A DNA stretch of 59,458 bases, the filler included, from Sphacelaria rigidula (taxonomy: Eukaryota), in NCBI GenBank assembly GCA_964200075.2. It is 7 parts of 7 records of this genome, joined end to end, with 100 filler letters (N's around TTAATTAATTAA, not from the genome) between each part and the next. Parts side by side here need not be neighbours in the genome. Positions count along the whole stretch, not along the records: positions 25,527 to 33,934 come from CAXNAA020011242.1; positions 34,035 to 42,442 come from CAXNAA020011243.1; positions 42,543 to 50,950 come from CAXNAA020011244.1; 4 more parts are not named here. The stretch is one strand, 5' to 3'. Positions 30,501 through 43,783 of this stretch are shown here, piece by piece; positions within the stretch are counted from its first letter, which is position 1, and every line of letters starts with the position of its first letter. The notes beneath the pieces are model-generated. The model did not search any database and was not told the DNA's origin. It worked only from the letters and a program-made list of their open reading frames with translations. Both the position numbers and the translations under genes were made by a program.

Positions 30501-32884
30501 TCTTTTTGGGATTTAGGAGCATTTTGCGCAAATGATTTTGCGCAAAAAGTGCACCCCTACCGTAGCATTGCTCTTTTCCCCCTTTCTGCACTGTTTGTGC
30601 GCAAAAAGACTTTCTGGTTGCTGCGGCCAAACAGAGTAAATGGATTTCCTGTCGTGTTCTCTAGCAGTTATCTGGTTGTCGGGTTTGGTTGGGTCGCAAG
30701 CGTGGCGATGAACGGTGTGCCCTGTGCGTGACGGGAAGACTGCGTACCGAAAATATCGAGTGCATAACCATGTACACTGCACGTACTGTACTGGGTATGC
30801 AGGAAAATGCGGTACTGGCTGGTATAACGTTATTTACTGCCCCTCCGCGGAACTTTTAATGCACGTGCCACATCGAACGGACATCCCCAATTTATTCACT
30901 CGTTGTGGCCGGATTTTCATATGTCAAGAGAGCAGGCTGTCATACGTTAGTCCCCATTCTATGGTCATCACTGCAGCTCGTGAAACGAAACGAAACATCA
31001 TTTTTGTTGGAAAATATGACGATGCCTGTATCACGGGCACGATAAATTACAGGATATTTTCCTTGTCTAACTTGTGGATCACAAAACAGATGATAAATCC
31101 ACGGACTGCATGAGGAGGAATCAAACGTGGTACGGACAGGGCATCGAGACTGTACGTTTCCTGCGATTGGAAATATTTATCGGATTTACTTACGTTTTCG
31201 CGCTGCGAATGTTGTCATGATACGATCGCTCGAATACCCCAAACATGCCCGCTTTTTGTCAATCCGCATCCTCTCTTATGAAGTGAAAGTCAGCCGCGCA
31301 GAAAATACAGCACAGCAAGTCAACAACATGAGAGTGAGGGCCATCACGAACTCCAAGTGATTTCAGCGAGAGGCGAAAGCAATGAATGATACGTCACGGT
31401 TAATCCGCAATGCTGCACGAACCAAACGTCAACCTTCTGTGGCGTTCTGCTATACTCACTTACAAATATGCGCACGTTCACTCTGTACAAGTACCTGATC
31501 CCGAGCCAAAACACGAGCGCTCAAGCCGTTGTTTTCGAGGCGTTTCGGTTTTTTTAATGCTGGCTGCGCGCAGGATACTTCGAGCATAAAACGTTGTGCC
31601 GTGAGCGACTATGGTGCTCCCACACAGGACGCTGTACTGGGACGTGTGCTTGCGAAAGCCCACAGTACCCGATTGAATCGCGCACAGATAAACTACCTGT
31701 CGGGGAGCTGCGAGCGTCACCGTATCCCCGATTATAGCAGTTTTCAATGCCATGTACGGTAACTTGATGTTCATCTTTGTAGGTTTACGCTTGTTCCTAC
31801 GTTTGCGATGATCTGCCGAACGTCATACGTCATGTCGATGTATTCCATACTACTTATGCATGACGTGAACGTCGGGCACGGCTGGAGCCCTGCAGTCCTG
31901 CCGTAGACTCTAACGGTCACCACCGTGCGTGTTGTTTTGACTTCGACATTCGAATACCCCCTGCAGTGCGGCGGAGACTCACCTGTACATCGGGTTTTGC
32001 CTCTACCACCGCGACCGGAATTTCTCCCCAGTGGTCATCTTCCACTGCGACGACCGCGACGTGCAGAACGCCTTCGTGTTGGTGGAGAACCGTTTCGACT
32101 TCGATTGACGAAATGTTTTCGCCGCCACTGGAATTCAAAAGAGAACGACAGCAATCTAAACAGCGCGACGGTGATATACAGGTTGTAGTTGTAGCATCGG
32201 TTCCATTGAATTGGGTGCAAGGTTGCCTTTCGTGAAACATTGCCGGTCGATCTTCTCACGGAAAATTTGAGGGAGCAGGGCGTGGTATTAGTTTGTGGTG
32301 GGGAGGGCGGAGTGGGGAGGGGAGATTGATATGATATCCTATACTGAAATCAACATATTCATAGTACAGACGAGCAGCAGACAGTGTGGGAAATAATATT
32401 TTGTTTTCCTCTGCGGTGGGGTTTCCGCGATTGTTCTTCACGATCTCACGTCCCAACGGGCTAGTCAAACAAGTACCAACGGCCATCCACACAAGACATC
32501 ATTCCACTTTCCTCGACGCCAATCATATTTTTACACCAACGGTAACAGACAAACTACCGTGAAAACGTAGTGCGTCGCCAATGGATCTGCTTACTGAAAC
32601 ACAAAAAAAGCGTTCAAGCACTAACTTGGGTATTTTCAATATCGAAAATCTACCTCTTTCCTTCTCGAACCTCGCAAGTGACCGCACTTCAAGGAGGCAC
32701 GGTGTTCGAGAGGTCATCCTTCTCATTTCCCTCAATTGAAAAGGCGTTTGAACCGAAAGTCTCCAATGTCCCATTTGTGCAGACACGGAAATCACCTGAT
32801 AATGATATCCTTCGCTCTATCCTTCAGCTCGACTCGGCCTCCGGGTTGCTGTACCGCCAAGTCGCCGGTTCTAAACCATTGTCC
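27566..32884 (-). CDS. AMP-dependent acyl-CoA synthetase / acyl-activating enzyme, last four exons (partial)
   Basis: In-phase exons 32796-32884 ([29 protein letters not shown]), 31983-32127 ([12 protein letters not shown]...WGEIPVAVV), 28751-28850 (...[20 protein letters not shown]) and 27566-27639 (GKIQKHVLR...*). These are the ANL-superfamily C-terminal motifs including the catalytic Lys. Confidence 0.93.
27888..28324. mobile_element. Foldback-type element: ~200-bp imperfect inverted arms with a short spacer
   Basis: Paired blocks acacgggattttac/gtaaagtctcgtgt, ccaaatcttcgaaat/atttcgaagatttgg, ctggtagc/gctaccag and gataaccgacatgttggggtc/gaccccaacatatcggttatc. Confidence 0.8.
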
Positions 32885-33732
32885 CTGTTCACGCAAGCAA
32901 ACGCAATATCCATCATGTCTTCAGCTATCTGATTTCCACAAGCCAAAACGAAGTGGAAACATATCGAGGGTATGTCACTGATGCCGCCTTTTTAAGTATG
33001 GCTCGGCAGATGAGAATCCATCTGCATACTTGTGACAGGGTTTCACATAAGCGAAGATATGGAGCAGGATTGGGCGTGCGGTGGGTGAAACACGTCTGAC
33101 AGGGCGATTGCACATAACGCCAACGTGAACATATTTGGCTTGATGCTATGGCGGGTGCCATGCGACCCACGGGAATGGAGGAAGGCAGAAGAGGCAAGTA
33201 CACGAAGCCGGATTACTTCACTAGCACACACACACGACTCCAGTCTTCAACTTTAGTTCATCAAGTGCAAACACTCTGAGAGAGTAGGACTCTGCCCGTA
33301 CTCGAGAACCCCTCTCGGTTCGTGGGACCCAGTACTTCAGGGTAGCGCGAGTACCCACCCCCCACAATACTTGGTACCGTATTCGGTGTATACCTTGTCA
33401 ACTTGTATGACGACCTACGCACCATGTTGCCGGTATACTTGAGACAAAAAAAAACAGTCGGCAGGTTCGGCCCAGGCATTTCGACTCTCTCAGCTCCCTT
33501 GAGTAGGTCCTCTCAAATCTGGGAGCAATTGATATAACCCGGTGCTCATTTCATGATTGATGTTTTTTTTTCCGTTGCATAGCATCGAGACGTCGCTCTC
33601 GAATCATGGCTTGGTGTACAGCGCTGTCTGTTCCGAAGCCAGCATTCCGCAGCCCCACGGGAACATAAACTCCAAACTCGAATGTCGCAGCAGATCCGTC
33701 AAAACCTCGAAGGGAGGTCCTAATGGCGGGTG

Positions 33733-33770
<38 letters not shown>

Positions 33771-33771
33771 G

Positions 33772-33820
<49 letters not shown>

Positions 33821-33840
33821 TATTATTATTATTATTGTTA
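33733..33840. repeat. (CAT)n + (TAT)n microsatellite at a LINE tail
   Basis: Directly visible. Abuts the LINE 3' end at 33841-33934. Confidence 0.95.
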
Positions 33841-33934
33841 TTTCCGCACATTAGTCCGATCTCGCGAACCCGTAGTCACAGACGTAGGCTCGCCTTTCCA
33901 ATACCGTCTCTGCTATTCCTTACCAGACATATTA
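33841..33934 (-). mobile_element. RTE-like LINE 3' terminus, truncated by the contig end
   Basis: Nearly identical to 34400-34492. Confidence 0.8.
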
Positions 33935-34384
33935 NNNNNNNNNNNNNNNNNNNNNNNNNNNNNNNNNNNNNNNNNNNNTTAATTAATTAANNNNNNNNNN
34001 NNNNNNNNNNNNNNNNNNNNNNNNNNNNNNNNNNCTCGTGAAAAAAAACATGAGTTCACGCGTAACTGATCTATTATGCCCTCTTGATTGTCCACACCAA
34101 ACTTAGGATCCAACTATAAAGGTATTAAATTGCGAATGGGCTCTTTAAAATCCGGGTCGGTTTAAGATCGGAACTGTATTTTGCAAGCCACTTACCGGCC
34201 CACGTTTGGTGTTTGTGTATTGATATTTTGGTTGGGAACCTTGCTAGGGCATAATGAACCAAAAATAGGGTCAGGTGTTTTTGTGTGTCTGTTTTTTTAC
34301 TCGTTTATGGCGTCTTAGTATGTTGACCAATTTTTTTACGAGGATGCCCTAACCTCCCCCCCAAAAAGAATTAAGGACTATTGT

Positions 34385-34985
34385 ATTTCATTTTTTTTAT
34401 TTCCGCACATTAGTCTGATCTCGCAAACCCGTGGTCACAGACGTAGGCTCGCCTTTCCAATACCGTCCCTGCTATTCCTTACAAGACATATTGCCAAAAA
34501 TAAAAGTAACAAGAGAGACGCCACGAAACCGGTGAGAAGTAGCTCCCTCGAGTGTACTGCTCGAATGGACTACAGGCTACTTTTTGGAGGTCCTCGGTTG
34601 GCACTGGGTGAGCTCTAGAGGCAGTTCAGCAAACAAGTCCTCAGCTTGGCGTGCGTTGGTCCAAGCTGTCATCTACAAACTAGCCCCCTCCTCCACAACT
34701 CAAGACCATTCGGACACATCTTGGGCAACCTGGGTCCACGATGTCGCGGTTATTTCGAAGTATGAGCAGTAGATGGTGATGCAATGTTGTAGGCGCCTTG
34801 CGGGTCGGCCTGCCCTCGTATTCTCTCCAACCATCACCCCACGCTTGACTATGTTGGGTAGGTGGTCATCGTGCATGCGCATAACGTGGCCGGCGTGCAG
34901 GAGGGTCCGTTTCATCACGGTGGCCTCAATGCACTCGCAGCTAGTTCGTTCAAGGACTTCGTCATACAGCAACATGTCAACAAGG
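34385..34985 (-). mobile_element. 5'-truncated RTE-clade LINE (ORF C-terminus, 3' UTR and A-rich tail)
   Basis: YDEVLERTSCECIEATVMKRTLLHAGHVMRMHDDHLPNIV...GRPARRL...SWTQVAQDVSEW resembles the RTE C-terminal 'W.GHV.RM...R.P...GRP...W...A.DR..W' signature. Confidence 0.75.
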
Positions 34986-35153
34986 GATTATATAAAATGA
35001 GGTTGATCAATGAAATGAGGTTTGAGGAGGATCGCTTGTGTGCGCCAAACCCCGGAGGAAGTACCGTCCGCGCGTGCCCTCGATCATTTTCGTGGAGGGA
35101 AATCAAGTGTCGGTGGCTGAACTTATCGTTTTTCGACTGTTCCTGTTTGTCTG

Positions 35154-35441
35154 TGTTCGTATATTGGTCAATTCTGCATCCGCAGATATCTTCCGGGGTA
35201 GGGTAAGATATGTTTCTTTGGAGGTCTCCGTAGAAAGGAATGTTGTCCAGAACAAGACCGAGACTGTTCCACGGGACATTTATATGGCCCGCGGGAGATT
35301 GGCTTGATGTGTGGTTCTCGGCATTGTAGGTGGGAGTTGTTGATCTCCTCGAGGGTCACTCTCTTTTGTTTCCCGATAATAAAATATTTCTTCTTCATTC
35401 ATTGTGAACAAGCTGCCGGGGAAGGCAGCGATCTCTGGACA
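35154..35441 (+). repeat. 5' LTR (288 bp)
   Basis: tgttcgtatattgg...atctctggaca. Confidence 0.95.
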
Positions 35442-35488
35442 CGCTAGCGCTACCAGCTGATGCTACAGATTGATCGACAGTAGAAAAG

Positions 35489-38400
35489 ATGTCTCCGCCC
35501 GGGAGCGAAGCAGATGGGAGTAGATCTCCCGCTACGCAAGAAGAAGGCCTGGCCCACGTTCGTGGAGAAAACGAAGAAATTCTCCGTCAGAACCAAGACC
35601 TGAAGACGGAGATACAAGAGCTACGGGGCCTACTTGAACGCAGCCTGGTGGGTCCAGGGGGAACAGCGGCTTGGATACAGGCTGCGGGGAGTCCTCTGTC
35701 GGAGATGGCGCGCCGGGAGCATCCAGTACGGAGTACGTCAGACGACATGAAGATGTTACCGGCAGAAGAGCAGCAGCGGCGTTGCAAACCGCAGCCCCAG
35801 CTCTTCAAGGAAGGTCAGCAGGTATTCAAGGCCTGGGTCTTTCGGAGAGATCAGCAGGTATTCCAGGCCTGGGTCTTCCGGAGAGGTCAGCAGGTATTCC
35901 AGGCCTGGACTTTTCACGCCCGCCAGCGGTAGGTACTGCCGAATGGTGGGAAAATGTAGAGGTGTTTGGATCGGGTTTCGGTGGTGGTAATAATGCAACC
36001 ACAGGTAGCGTGTCGTCTTTCGGAATTAGAGGTATTCGATCACCTGCTGATGTGAAATTCGATGGGACTGCGACTGAATTCCCATCATGGAAAGAGCCTG
36101 TTTCTATACATACCAGGCAATGTGGATTGCATGAAGCGTACATCACTACCGATGATATTCCAGTTGCTGATATTGGAAGAGATTTAGCACCCTTACTTGA
36201 GCAAGGCTTTACGGTATGCCAAATCAAGCAAGCACGGGCTGCTTGGTGGCATCTGGACGATTGTATAACATGCAAAAGTGTAAGAGCAATGATCAGCAGC
36301 GCGAAATCCCCCAGTAAAGCGTGGCGTGTAATGAATAATCACTTTTTGCCCCTCACCGACGCAAGTATCAACCTCTATGAGCACAAGCTCAACGGGTTGA
36401 AGATGTAACAAGGGGAAGATCCGCACGTATTTTTTTCAAAAGCTCAGGGAAGTTTTGAGCGTTCTACTTATGCTAGGAGTAGAGAAGGACGAGAGAACTG
36501 TTTGTTCCCTCATGTTGCGTGGACTCACGAGTGAATACGAAATGGTCAGAAGTGCTATGAGCATTCATTTTCCGCGTGATTGAGAAGCGATAGAAAGCCA
36601 CGTGCGAAATGCCTACCTAAGTTTCTCTGTACAGGGCAAAATTGCCAAATCGACCGGGCAAGCTCTAGCTGCGAAAGCCAGGGGGGGTGGAAATAAGGGT
36701 AAAGCTAGGAAGCCGAAACCTGATACTGATACGAGTAATTCCGCGAAAGCTGAAAGCGTAGGCAGGAAGCCATTGGAGTGCTTTCGGTGTGGTCTTCCAC
36801 ACAGGATACGGGACTGCAAAGCTCGCGTAATTAGGGCTCCGGGTCAGGAAGGCGAAGCAGAGTCGAAGAAAGACAGTGGTGAGCTTTCACGCTTGAAACC
36901 GTTGGCTGCTGCTGTTTCTAGGCCTTTCTACAAAGAGTGGTACAGTGATACTGGTGCTCCCCATCATCTGACAGATTAATTACGATGCATGGGAGATCTT
37001 ACACAAGTATCTTCCTGTGTTGGTGGCATAGGCGGCGTGACGTGTGACGTTTCGCTGAAGGGTAATCTGACAGTAGTGTTTATGACAGAGGAGAACGAGT
37101 ATGTAGCAGAGTTGAAAGACGTACTTTATGCTCCTGATCTAGGATACAACCTGTTTTCGCCTCGTGCGGAATTTGATGGGGAAAGTTCGTACCGGTCGGG
37201 AGGTCCAGACGGTATAATGACTGCATTCAATGGACGTGTAACGTTTGCGAACCAGGACGGTATGCTTGTGGCCACAGCATATCGAGTACGGGAGCAATTT
37301 GGTGCTTCCGCATTACCGGCAATTATGCCCTCGAACCCTCCCCCTGTGAAAATGATGGATATTAACCTATTTCACTGTATCTATGGTCGTGCTAATGAGC
37401 AGCTGCTGAGGCATACTGCTAGATATTTAGATACTGCACTTGAAGGGGAAATGCATGCATGTACTGGGTGCTCGATGGCAAAGGGATACAGAAAAAGTAT
37501 ACCTCATCAGACGAAAAATGAAGATCAAACCAAGCTCGGTAAAATCTTTGTAGACCTAGGAGGCAGAAAAAGAATTGCATCTGTAGGGGGGAAACACTAC
37601 CCAATGATCATCAAGGACGATTACAGCAGAAAATCCTGGCTGTATTTCTTGAAATGTAAGGCTGATTCTGATCAGGCTTTCAATCGTTTTCTCGCAGATG
37701 TGCGAGCGGACGAGTTTCCTTCAACAGTACAGATAGTAAGATCTGACAACGGAGGAGAGGTTTTCGGGGATAATTTCAGAACAGTATGCGATAATCTGTT
37801 GATTAAGAAGGAATTTACCCCCGCCAATAGTCCCCAGTTCAACGGCGTTGCAGAGCGCGCTTTAGGAATCATTGAAGCAACGGCAATGGCGGCAAGGATT
37901 CAGGCGAGGGTATTGTTCGGTCATGTTCAGCTGCCGAAGACCGAAACGCTATGGGCCGAGGTAATGCATTGGACGTGTGAACAGCTCAATTACACTGCTT
38001 CGACCTCCAAGCCGGACAACAAATCACCTAACGAAATGTGGTTCGGGACGGCTATGCCGGCCAGTCCACATCCCTTTCTCAAGCCAGCCTACCGCCGATG
38101 GAAGCGGCCATCCAAGCTGCTGCCTAAGGCAAAGAATTGCTTCTATCTCGGGCCTTCGCGCGAGCACCCGCGCGACTCTTACCGTGTGCTTACGCGGGGA
38201 GGGCAAGTTGTCGACACCCGAGACATCACGTGGGAAGCATCGCCGCAGTCTCTCCCGCCCCCGCAAACACTGAAGACAGCGGAATCGGGAGGGGGGGATG
38301 AACGTTGCGACGATGAGTGGGCAGAAGTGTGGCCGCTGACAGGAAGAGGAATTCCCCACGTGCGGCTACCGGCCCAGGGGTGGAGGACAGTCAACAACCA

Positions 38401-40400
38401 GCAGAGGCGGCGGAATATGCACTCCCGCTGGACGCTCCATCACCGTCAGCAGCATCATCCAGCGGCGAGTCGTCATCAGCATCGCCCTCGCCATCTCTCG
38501 ACGACCGATCAGCGTCTGCGTCACCATCATCTCGCGGCAGCACGTCATCAGCACCTGCATCGTCCTCCAGCAACAGCAGCGACGCCATCCCTGATGGAGA
38601 TGATGTGCCAGCGCAAACACGCAACGTGCTCAGACAGCTCGAGGCGTACAACGTGGACCCACATGACGATGAAGAACGCAGGGAGGGCAGGACGCGAGCA
38701 CAAACTCGGGCGCTGAACCAGCAACAAACGATCGGCTTGCGAACTTAGCTGGGGTCCATCAACGGGGACCAAACCTTGCGTTCGCTGATTGCTGAGCAGA
38801 GAACATTGAAGAAGAAGCCGAACGAGATACCTGCCGAACATGCCAAGAGCCAGAGCCCACGACGATTGCCGAAGCCCGTGTCTCTGCACATGCTGGCCTT
38901 TGGGAGGGGGCTATGAATTTAGAGTTCGAGGGGTTGCTTGCTGCAGGGACTTTTCCCTTAGTGGGATCGTTTCCGGAAGGGAGTAACATAGTGAACTCTA
39001 AACGGGTTTTCAAGTGGAAAATTGATATCAACGGCGAAATCTTGAAGACAAAGGCTAGGCTTGTAGCAAAAGGTTTTCGTTAACAGTACGAGCTTGATAC
39101 CCTGGAGGTGGTTTCACCTACTGCGAATGCTGCAACAATTCGTCTCCTCGTAGCGTTGGCAAACACGTATGGATGGGATCTTAGTCATTTCGACATCGAG
39201 GAGGCGTTCATCCAGTCGGACTTGGACTATGAGATATATATGAGGCTGCCCCCAGGTTGCGGATCAATGTCAGGAAAAATTGTCCGCCTGAACAGATCCA
39301 TTTATGGACTTAAACAGAGTGCCAGACAATTCTACAAACTGTTAGTGTCGAGACTGGTGAAAATTGGTTTCGAACAGTGCCTGTCGAATCCACGCCTATT
39401 GCGATTGCTAGTGGATGGTAAGTTGGTAGGAGTAGTCATTCTTCATGTAGATGATATCATTTTTGGAGGGGCAAGTAGTGTGGGTAAGGTAGTAGTGGAA
39501 GCACTAAATGACACAATGCCAACTAAGCATCTAGGCAATCTCACATGGTACATGGGAGTGGAGTACAAGCGTGACAAGGAGAACAGAGTTATTGAGATAT
39601 CATGGACAAGTTACATTAGAAGCGTACTTGAACGTTTTGATACTTGCCGCTCAAGCTTTCTCCTGCCTCTACTTCTATGAATCTCAGGTCCGTGAATGAC
39701 GGCAAAGGTGTCAAGGGTGTACCGTTCGCGAAATGGTGGGTTGTTTGATGTGGATTGCCAATCAAACCAGACCTGACATCTCCATCGCAGTGACAGCCGT
39801 GGCGCGACACTCGCACGACCCGAAGGAAACCCACTGGAAGGCAGTACAAAAGAGTTTCGAGTGCCTGCATTCCACGGCGGACCTAGGGCTGACTTATCGT
39901 GTAGGATCTGGTGTAGACATCAGAACAATAGTGTGTGTGGATGCGGACTACGGGAAAGATGACGAGACGATGAGATCGGTATCGGGTGGTGCAGGTTTGT
40001 GTGTTAGATCACCAGTAGCATGGTACTCCAGAACGCCGAAGAGCGTTACACTTCCGACCACGGAAGCAGAGTATGTGGCTATGGGGGATGGTGTCAAAGA
40101 AGCTTTGTTTAAAGACGGCATTGTGGATTTTTTTTTGGTTGACAGGAAAGCAAGGACCATCGGGGTGTTGGAGGATAACAGGGGTGCGATTGCTTCAGCT
40201 GAAAATCCAATAAGCTCGTTGGACAGCAAGCATATAAAAATTCGTCATCCGTTTCTGAGGGAGTTGGTGGACAAAAAGAGGATAATGTTGGAACACGTAC
40301 GGAGTAACGAGCAACACGCTGATATTCTGACCAAAAGCGTTACCTCGCGGAGCTTTCGTCCACCATCGAAATGCTTTGTTGGGTATTGGGTGAAGCAATA
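35489..40400 (+). pseudogene. Copia gag-pol polyprotein, disrupted
   Basis: Zn knuckle CFRCGLPHRIRDC, protease WYSDTGAPHH, integrase IKDDYSR / RSDNGGE / NGVAER, RT KARLVAKGF / YGLKQSAR / LHVDDI, RNase H DADY / TTEAEY / EDNRGAI / KHIKIRH. In-frame stops (e.g. 36406, 36977) and frameshifts. Confidence 0.93.
35812..35910 (+). repeat. 33-bp x3 tandem repeat in the copia 5' coding region
   Basis: aggtcagcaggtattc(a/c)aggcctgg repeated three times. Confidence 0.9.
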
Positions 40401-40472
40401 TCTATTTGTGAAGAGTTCTGAGAGTTGATCAAAGAAAACTGCTTGTTGATGTAGCAAATGTCCAAGGGAGGA

Positions 40473-40810
40473 TGTTCGTACATTGGGTAATTCTGCATCC
40501 GCAGATATCTTTCGGGGTAGTGTACGATATGTTTCTTTGGAAGTCTCCGTAGGAAGGAATGTTATCCAGAACAAGACTGAGAATGTTCCGCGGGACATTT
40601 ATATGGCCCGCGGGAGATACTGTAGACTGAGAATATCACACGGGACATTTATATGGCCCGCGGGAGATTGGCTTGATGTGTGGTTCTCGGCATTGTAGGT
40701 GGGAGTTGTTGATCCCCTCGAGGGTCACTCTCTTTTGCGTCCCGATAATAAAACATTTCTTCTTCATTCATTGTGAACAAGCTGCCGGGGCAGGCAGCGA
40801 TCTCTGGACA
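40473..40810 (+). repeat. 3' LTR (338 bp, with a 50-bp internal duplication)
   Basis: agactgagaat...cgggacatttatatggcccgcgggagat occurs twice (~40575-40670). Confidence 0.95.
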
Positions 40811-41162
40811 CACCCCGGGTGCGTGAAAACGTTCTGAGCATAACTCACAGCCCTGTCGGGTAAGGGTATGGGAAGCTTACAGAACTCACCGAAACTGTCG
40901 GGTAGGGTATGGAGGTTGCACAGAAAGTCGCACCCGCAATCGGGTATCTTATCAAGAGCGGCCCCGTGCCCCCCGGTAACGGTTCGGGAGTCTGAGATAT
41001 CACAGAACTACCGGGTAAGGGTATGAAAGTGTTACAGATATTACAGAACTGTCGGGTACCGGTATGGAAGTATTACATTAGTCACCGAACTGGCGGGTAC
41101 GGTAAACACCCAATAAAATACCCTGAGTATACAGAAACCCGTACCGTACAGTACACAACCTA
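40811..41162. mobile_element. Fragment of a MITE-like element with acagaact...tcgggta..ggtatg subrepeats; related fragment at ~42620-42765
   Basis: Motif repeated about 5 times. Ends in acacaaccta (TAGG-type end). Only one end is visible. Confidence 0.5.
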
Positions 41163-41439
41163 GGAAATATGGCAGAATTCCTTCGCCGAGAGGTTGCTAT
41201 TGACAACTAGGACACGCCACCCAATTTAGGATAAGAAGAAGCGAAATCTAGGTGCACTGGGCGTTCCATTCTTTTTCGTGGGCAACCAGGATTCCCCCAC
41301 ACAAAAACAAAATCGGGTCCCAGTCGTTCGCCTCAGCCCCCCTTCATTGATTTCTCCCACGTGACCCCGAAAGATCGGTTATCGGAATAATAGTTGGTGG
41401 GGCGCATGATGCTTTACCATCGTAAGTAATTGATCGATA

Positions 41440-41780
41440 AGAACAGCCATACTTACACGAATCGGAGCGGGTGCGAACGTTTCGCGTTGCGGGGTGTCAT
41501 GCAGCATGCAGGCTTCCATCGTGAAATGCTGTGGTGGTTTCAATCAAACCCAAGTTCTATTCACACCGGAATTGTTTCCTCTTATCACACCTGTTCGGGC
41601 AACAATGGAGAAAACACAGCCTCACTTGCACGAATCGGAGCGGATGCGAGCGTTTCATGTTGTGGGGTGTCGTGCACCCCGCAAATCTCCATAGTAAAAT
41701 TCCATTATGGATTATATCAAAACCGAGTTCAGTCTACACCGAAATAGACCCCTGCCATAACACCTGTTCGGGCAACAACG
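41440..41780. repeat. ~173-bp diverged tandem duplication
   Basis: cacgaatcggagcgg at 41456 and 41629; cacctgttcgggcaacaa at ~41588 and 41761. Confidence 0.85.
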
Positions 41781-43783
41781 ATTGAATAAGTGAAGGAAGG
41801 CGACTAGAGTATTTTGGTAAGTATAACCTTCTCCAAATCCAGCCCGCCTTGTCCTAGCGGTACCCCCGCGCAATCATGGATTCTGAACCGAAATCGATCG
41901 ACATCACACGCGGCATCCCGAGTCGGAGTTGTGCTCCGGCACTTTCTTCACACACACGACAGATTACGCCTGCTGATGAGAGCTGAAACGCGCGCATGAT
42001 GGGGAGGAAGAAGCTCCGTCGCAGGACAGAAGCGTTAATGCCGATATGGGACTCTCCCGCCCATAAACCTTTCAACATTCATCATGGGAGGGTGTTAATC
42101 ACCGTCTGATATTGAAAAATGTCGGATCTTTAGCTGCCGTGGTCACGCAGGCTGGTTCTTCGCTCAGGGAAACGTCATCCCTCTGCACAGCGATATAATC
42201 GTACACGTTGACCTGATGATGTCTATTCGCGTGCCACTCGCCCATGCCGCAGTCATCGCCGTGCGGATGCGGGGGGACATCCCCTTCTCGTAGAAGAGCG
42301 TGTCACAACATATGTGGCGGGTGTTCATGTGAACAGGTACACTGAGTGAACATGCGCACGTGCGGATATAATGATGCGGACGTGCGGGTACTGGTAGTCG
42401 AGGGTGTGTGACTACAGTATCCCGCTCATGGCAGCTCGGTAGNNNNNNNNNNNNNNNNNNNNNNNNNNNNNNNNNNNNNNNNNNNNTTAATTAATTAANN
42501 NNNNNNNNNNNNNNNNNNNNNNNNNNNNNNNNNNNNNNNNNNCGAGTCGACTCATCATACTAAAACCATGTAATTTTCAGATGAATCACAATTTGTCCGA
42601 TCCTTGCAACCTTTCGTATATATCGTACAGAATTGTCGGGTACGTATACGCGTGTGGGGACCTACAGAACTGACAGCATTGTCGGGTACGGATACGGGAA
42701 TAAGGTTACGGAACTTACGGAATCTGTCGGATACGGGAAATACGCTGGTCAATACCTCGGGTATGAAGTAGAGTCACGCCACGGTGGGGGTTGCACATTT
42801 GGACTCAAATATTCTCATGCGGGGGCTCCCGACGTTAGCAGCTACAGAAGGATTTGGGCCAGGACATTCCCGTTTTCAAATTCATTCGAGATATCCCTAG
42901 CCCGTTGGAATGCTAATCGTGGCCAGCTCTCATATTCCAGAAGTTGTTCATTGGATGATGAGATAGAGGGCTCTTGACACTTCGAACCACAGAGAATATC
43001 ATTTGCGCACCCCTATCGTAGCACTACTCTGAGGTCAAAGAGTGAACTTCGCATTATCGATGAAAATCGATTCTCTCAGGTTTTTCGGTTACCACGACTT
43101 ATCACCGTTTCTGCTTGATCCCAAAGATTGGAATAGACATGGATACCCAACACGGGTTCCGCGAAAGAAATAATTCACAACAACTTTGAGACGAGATACG
43201 GGCTCACCGATCATTGGGGGTTTGAGCTCACCGGTCATTGGGGGTTTCATAGTGTGGTTCAGTCCCCGGTTCTCGCTCTTCGATATTTTTTCTCGACCGA
43301 GCAGATTCGGATCGTTATCGTGACCAAAGCTATTATTTCAGTTCTTCTATTTTCTCGATATCCATTGCGCCACATCCGAAAAACTGTGTTCTTGGGGCGA
43401 TCGCGTCTAACCATACCCCCCTGATGAACGAAGTGCTACTCCCTATCTTTCCAAAGGCAAAAAATTGCACACACGGCCAATCGGCTCCTCGTTGAAATCC
43501 CTCTATCGCGATGTTTTTCCTCTCGAGGGCAGAATAGCCCCCCTAGAGAATAAAATACCCTCTAGAGGGTCATAACGCCTCGGGAGTGGACAGTACACGA
43601 ACCCTGTGGAAGACACATGGTACTCCAGTGACTTACAAGGTTCGCATCCCTCTAGAGGGACAAAAATAGAGTGCTCTGGAGCAAGTGATATTCCTGAGGG
43701 TGCCCCAGAGGAAAACTGAACAGTAACCCCCTCAAGGACCCACCGATAATGATCCCCACGACATTTTCACGACTCCAGAGGTT

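Larger units (their letters stand above)
35154..40810 (+). mobile_element. Ty1/copia LTR retrotransposon, full-length but decayed
   Basis: LTRs at 35154-35441 and 40473-40810 (TG...CA). Polypurine tract aagggagga precedes the 3' LTR. Domain order gag-PR-INT-RT-RH. Confidence 0.96.

Noticed and set aside
33551..33990. Poly-Met / poly-His / poly-Ser ORFs
   Set aside because: Translations of a (CAT)n microsatellite.
33841..34495. Local duplication across the gap
   Set aside because: The two copies are on different contigs; they are independent LINE 3' ends.
41966..42000. Minimal hammerhead ribozyme (CTGATGA-GAGCT-GAAAC)
   Set aside because: No stem III with a GUH cleavage triplet and no stem I partner. 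The CTGATGA at ~16637 is not conserved in the sister copy either.
41800..42215. Possible minus-strand exons (VNVYDYIAVQRDD...; VICRVCEESAG...)
   Set aside because: Splice phases do not join cleanly and no domain is recognisable.
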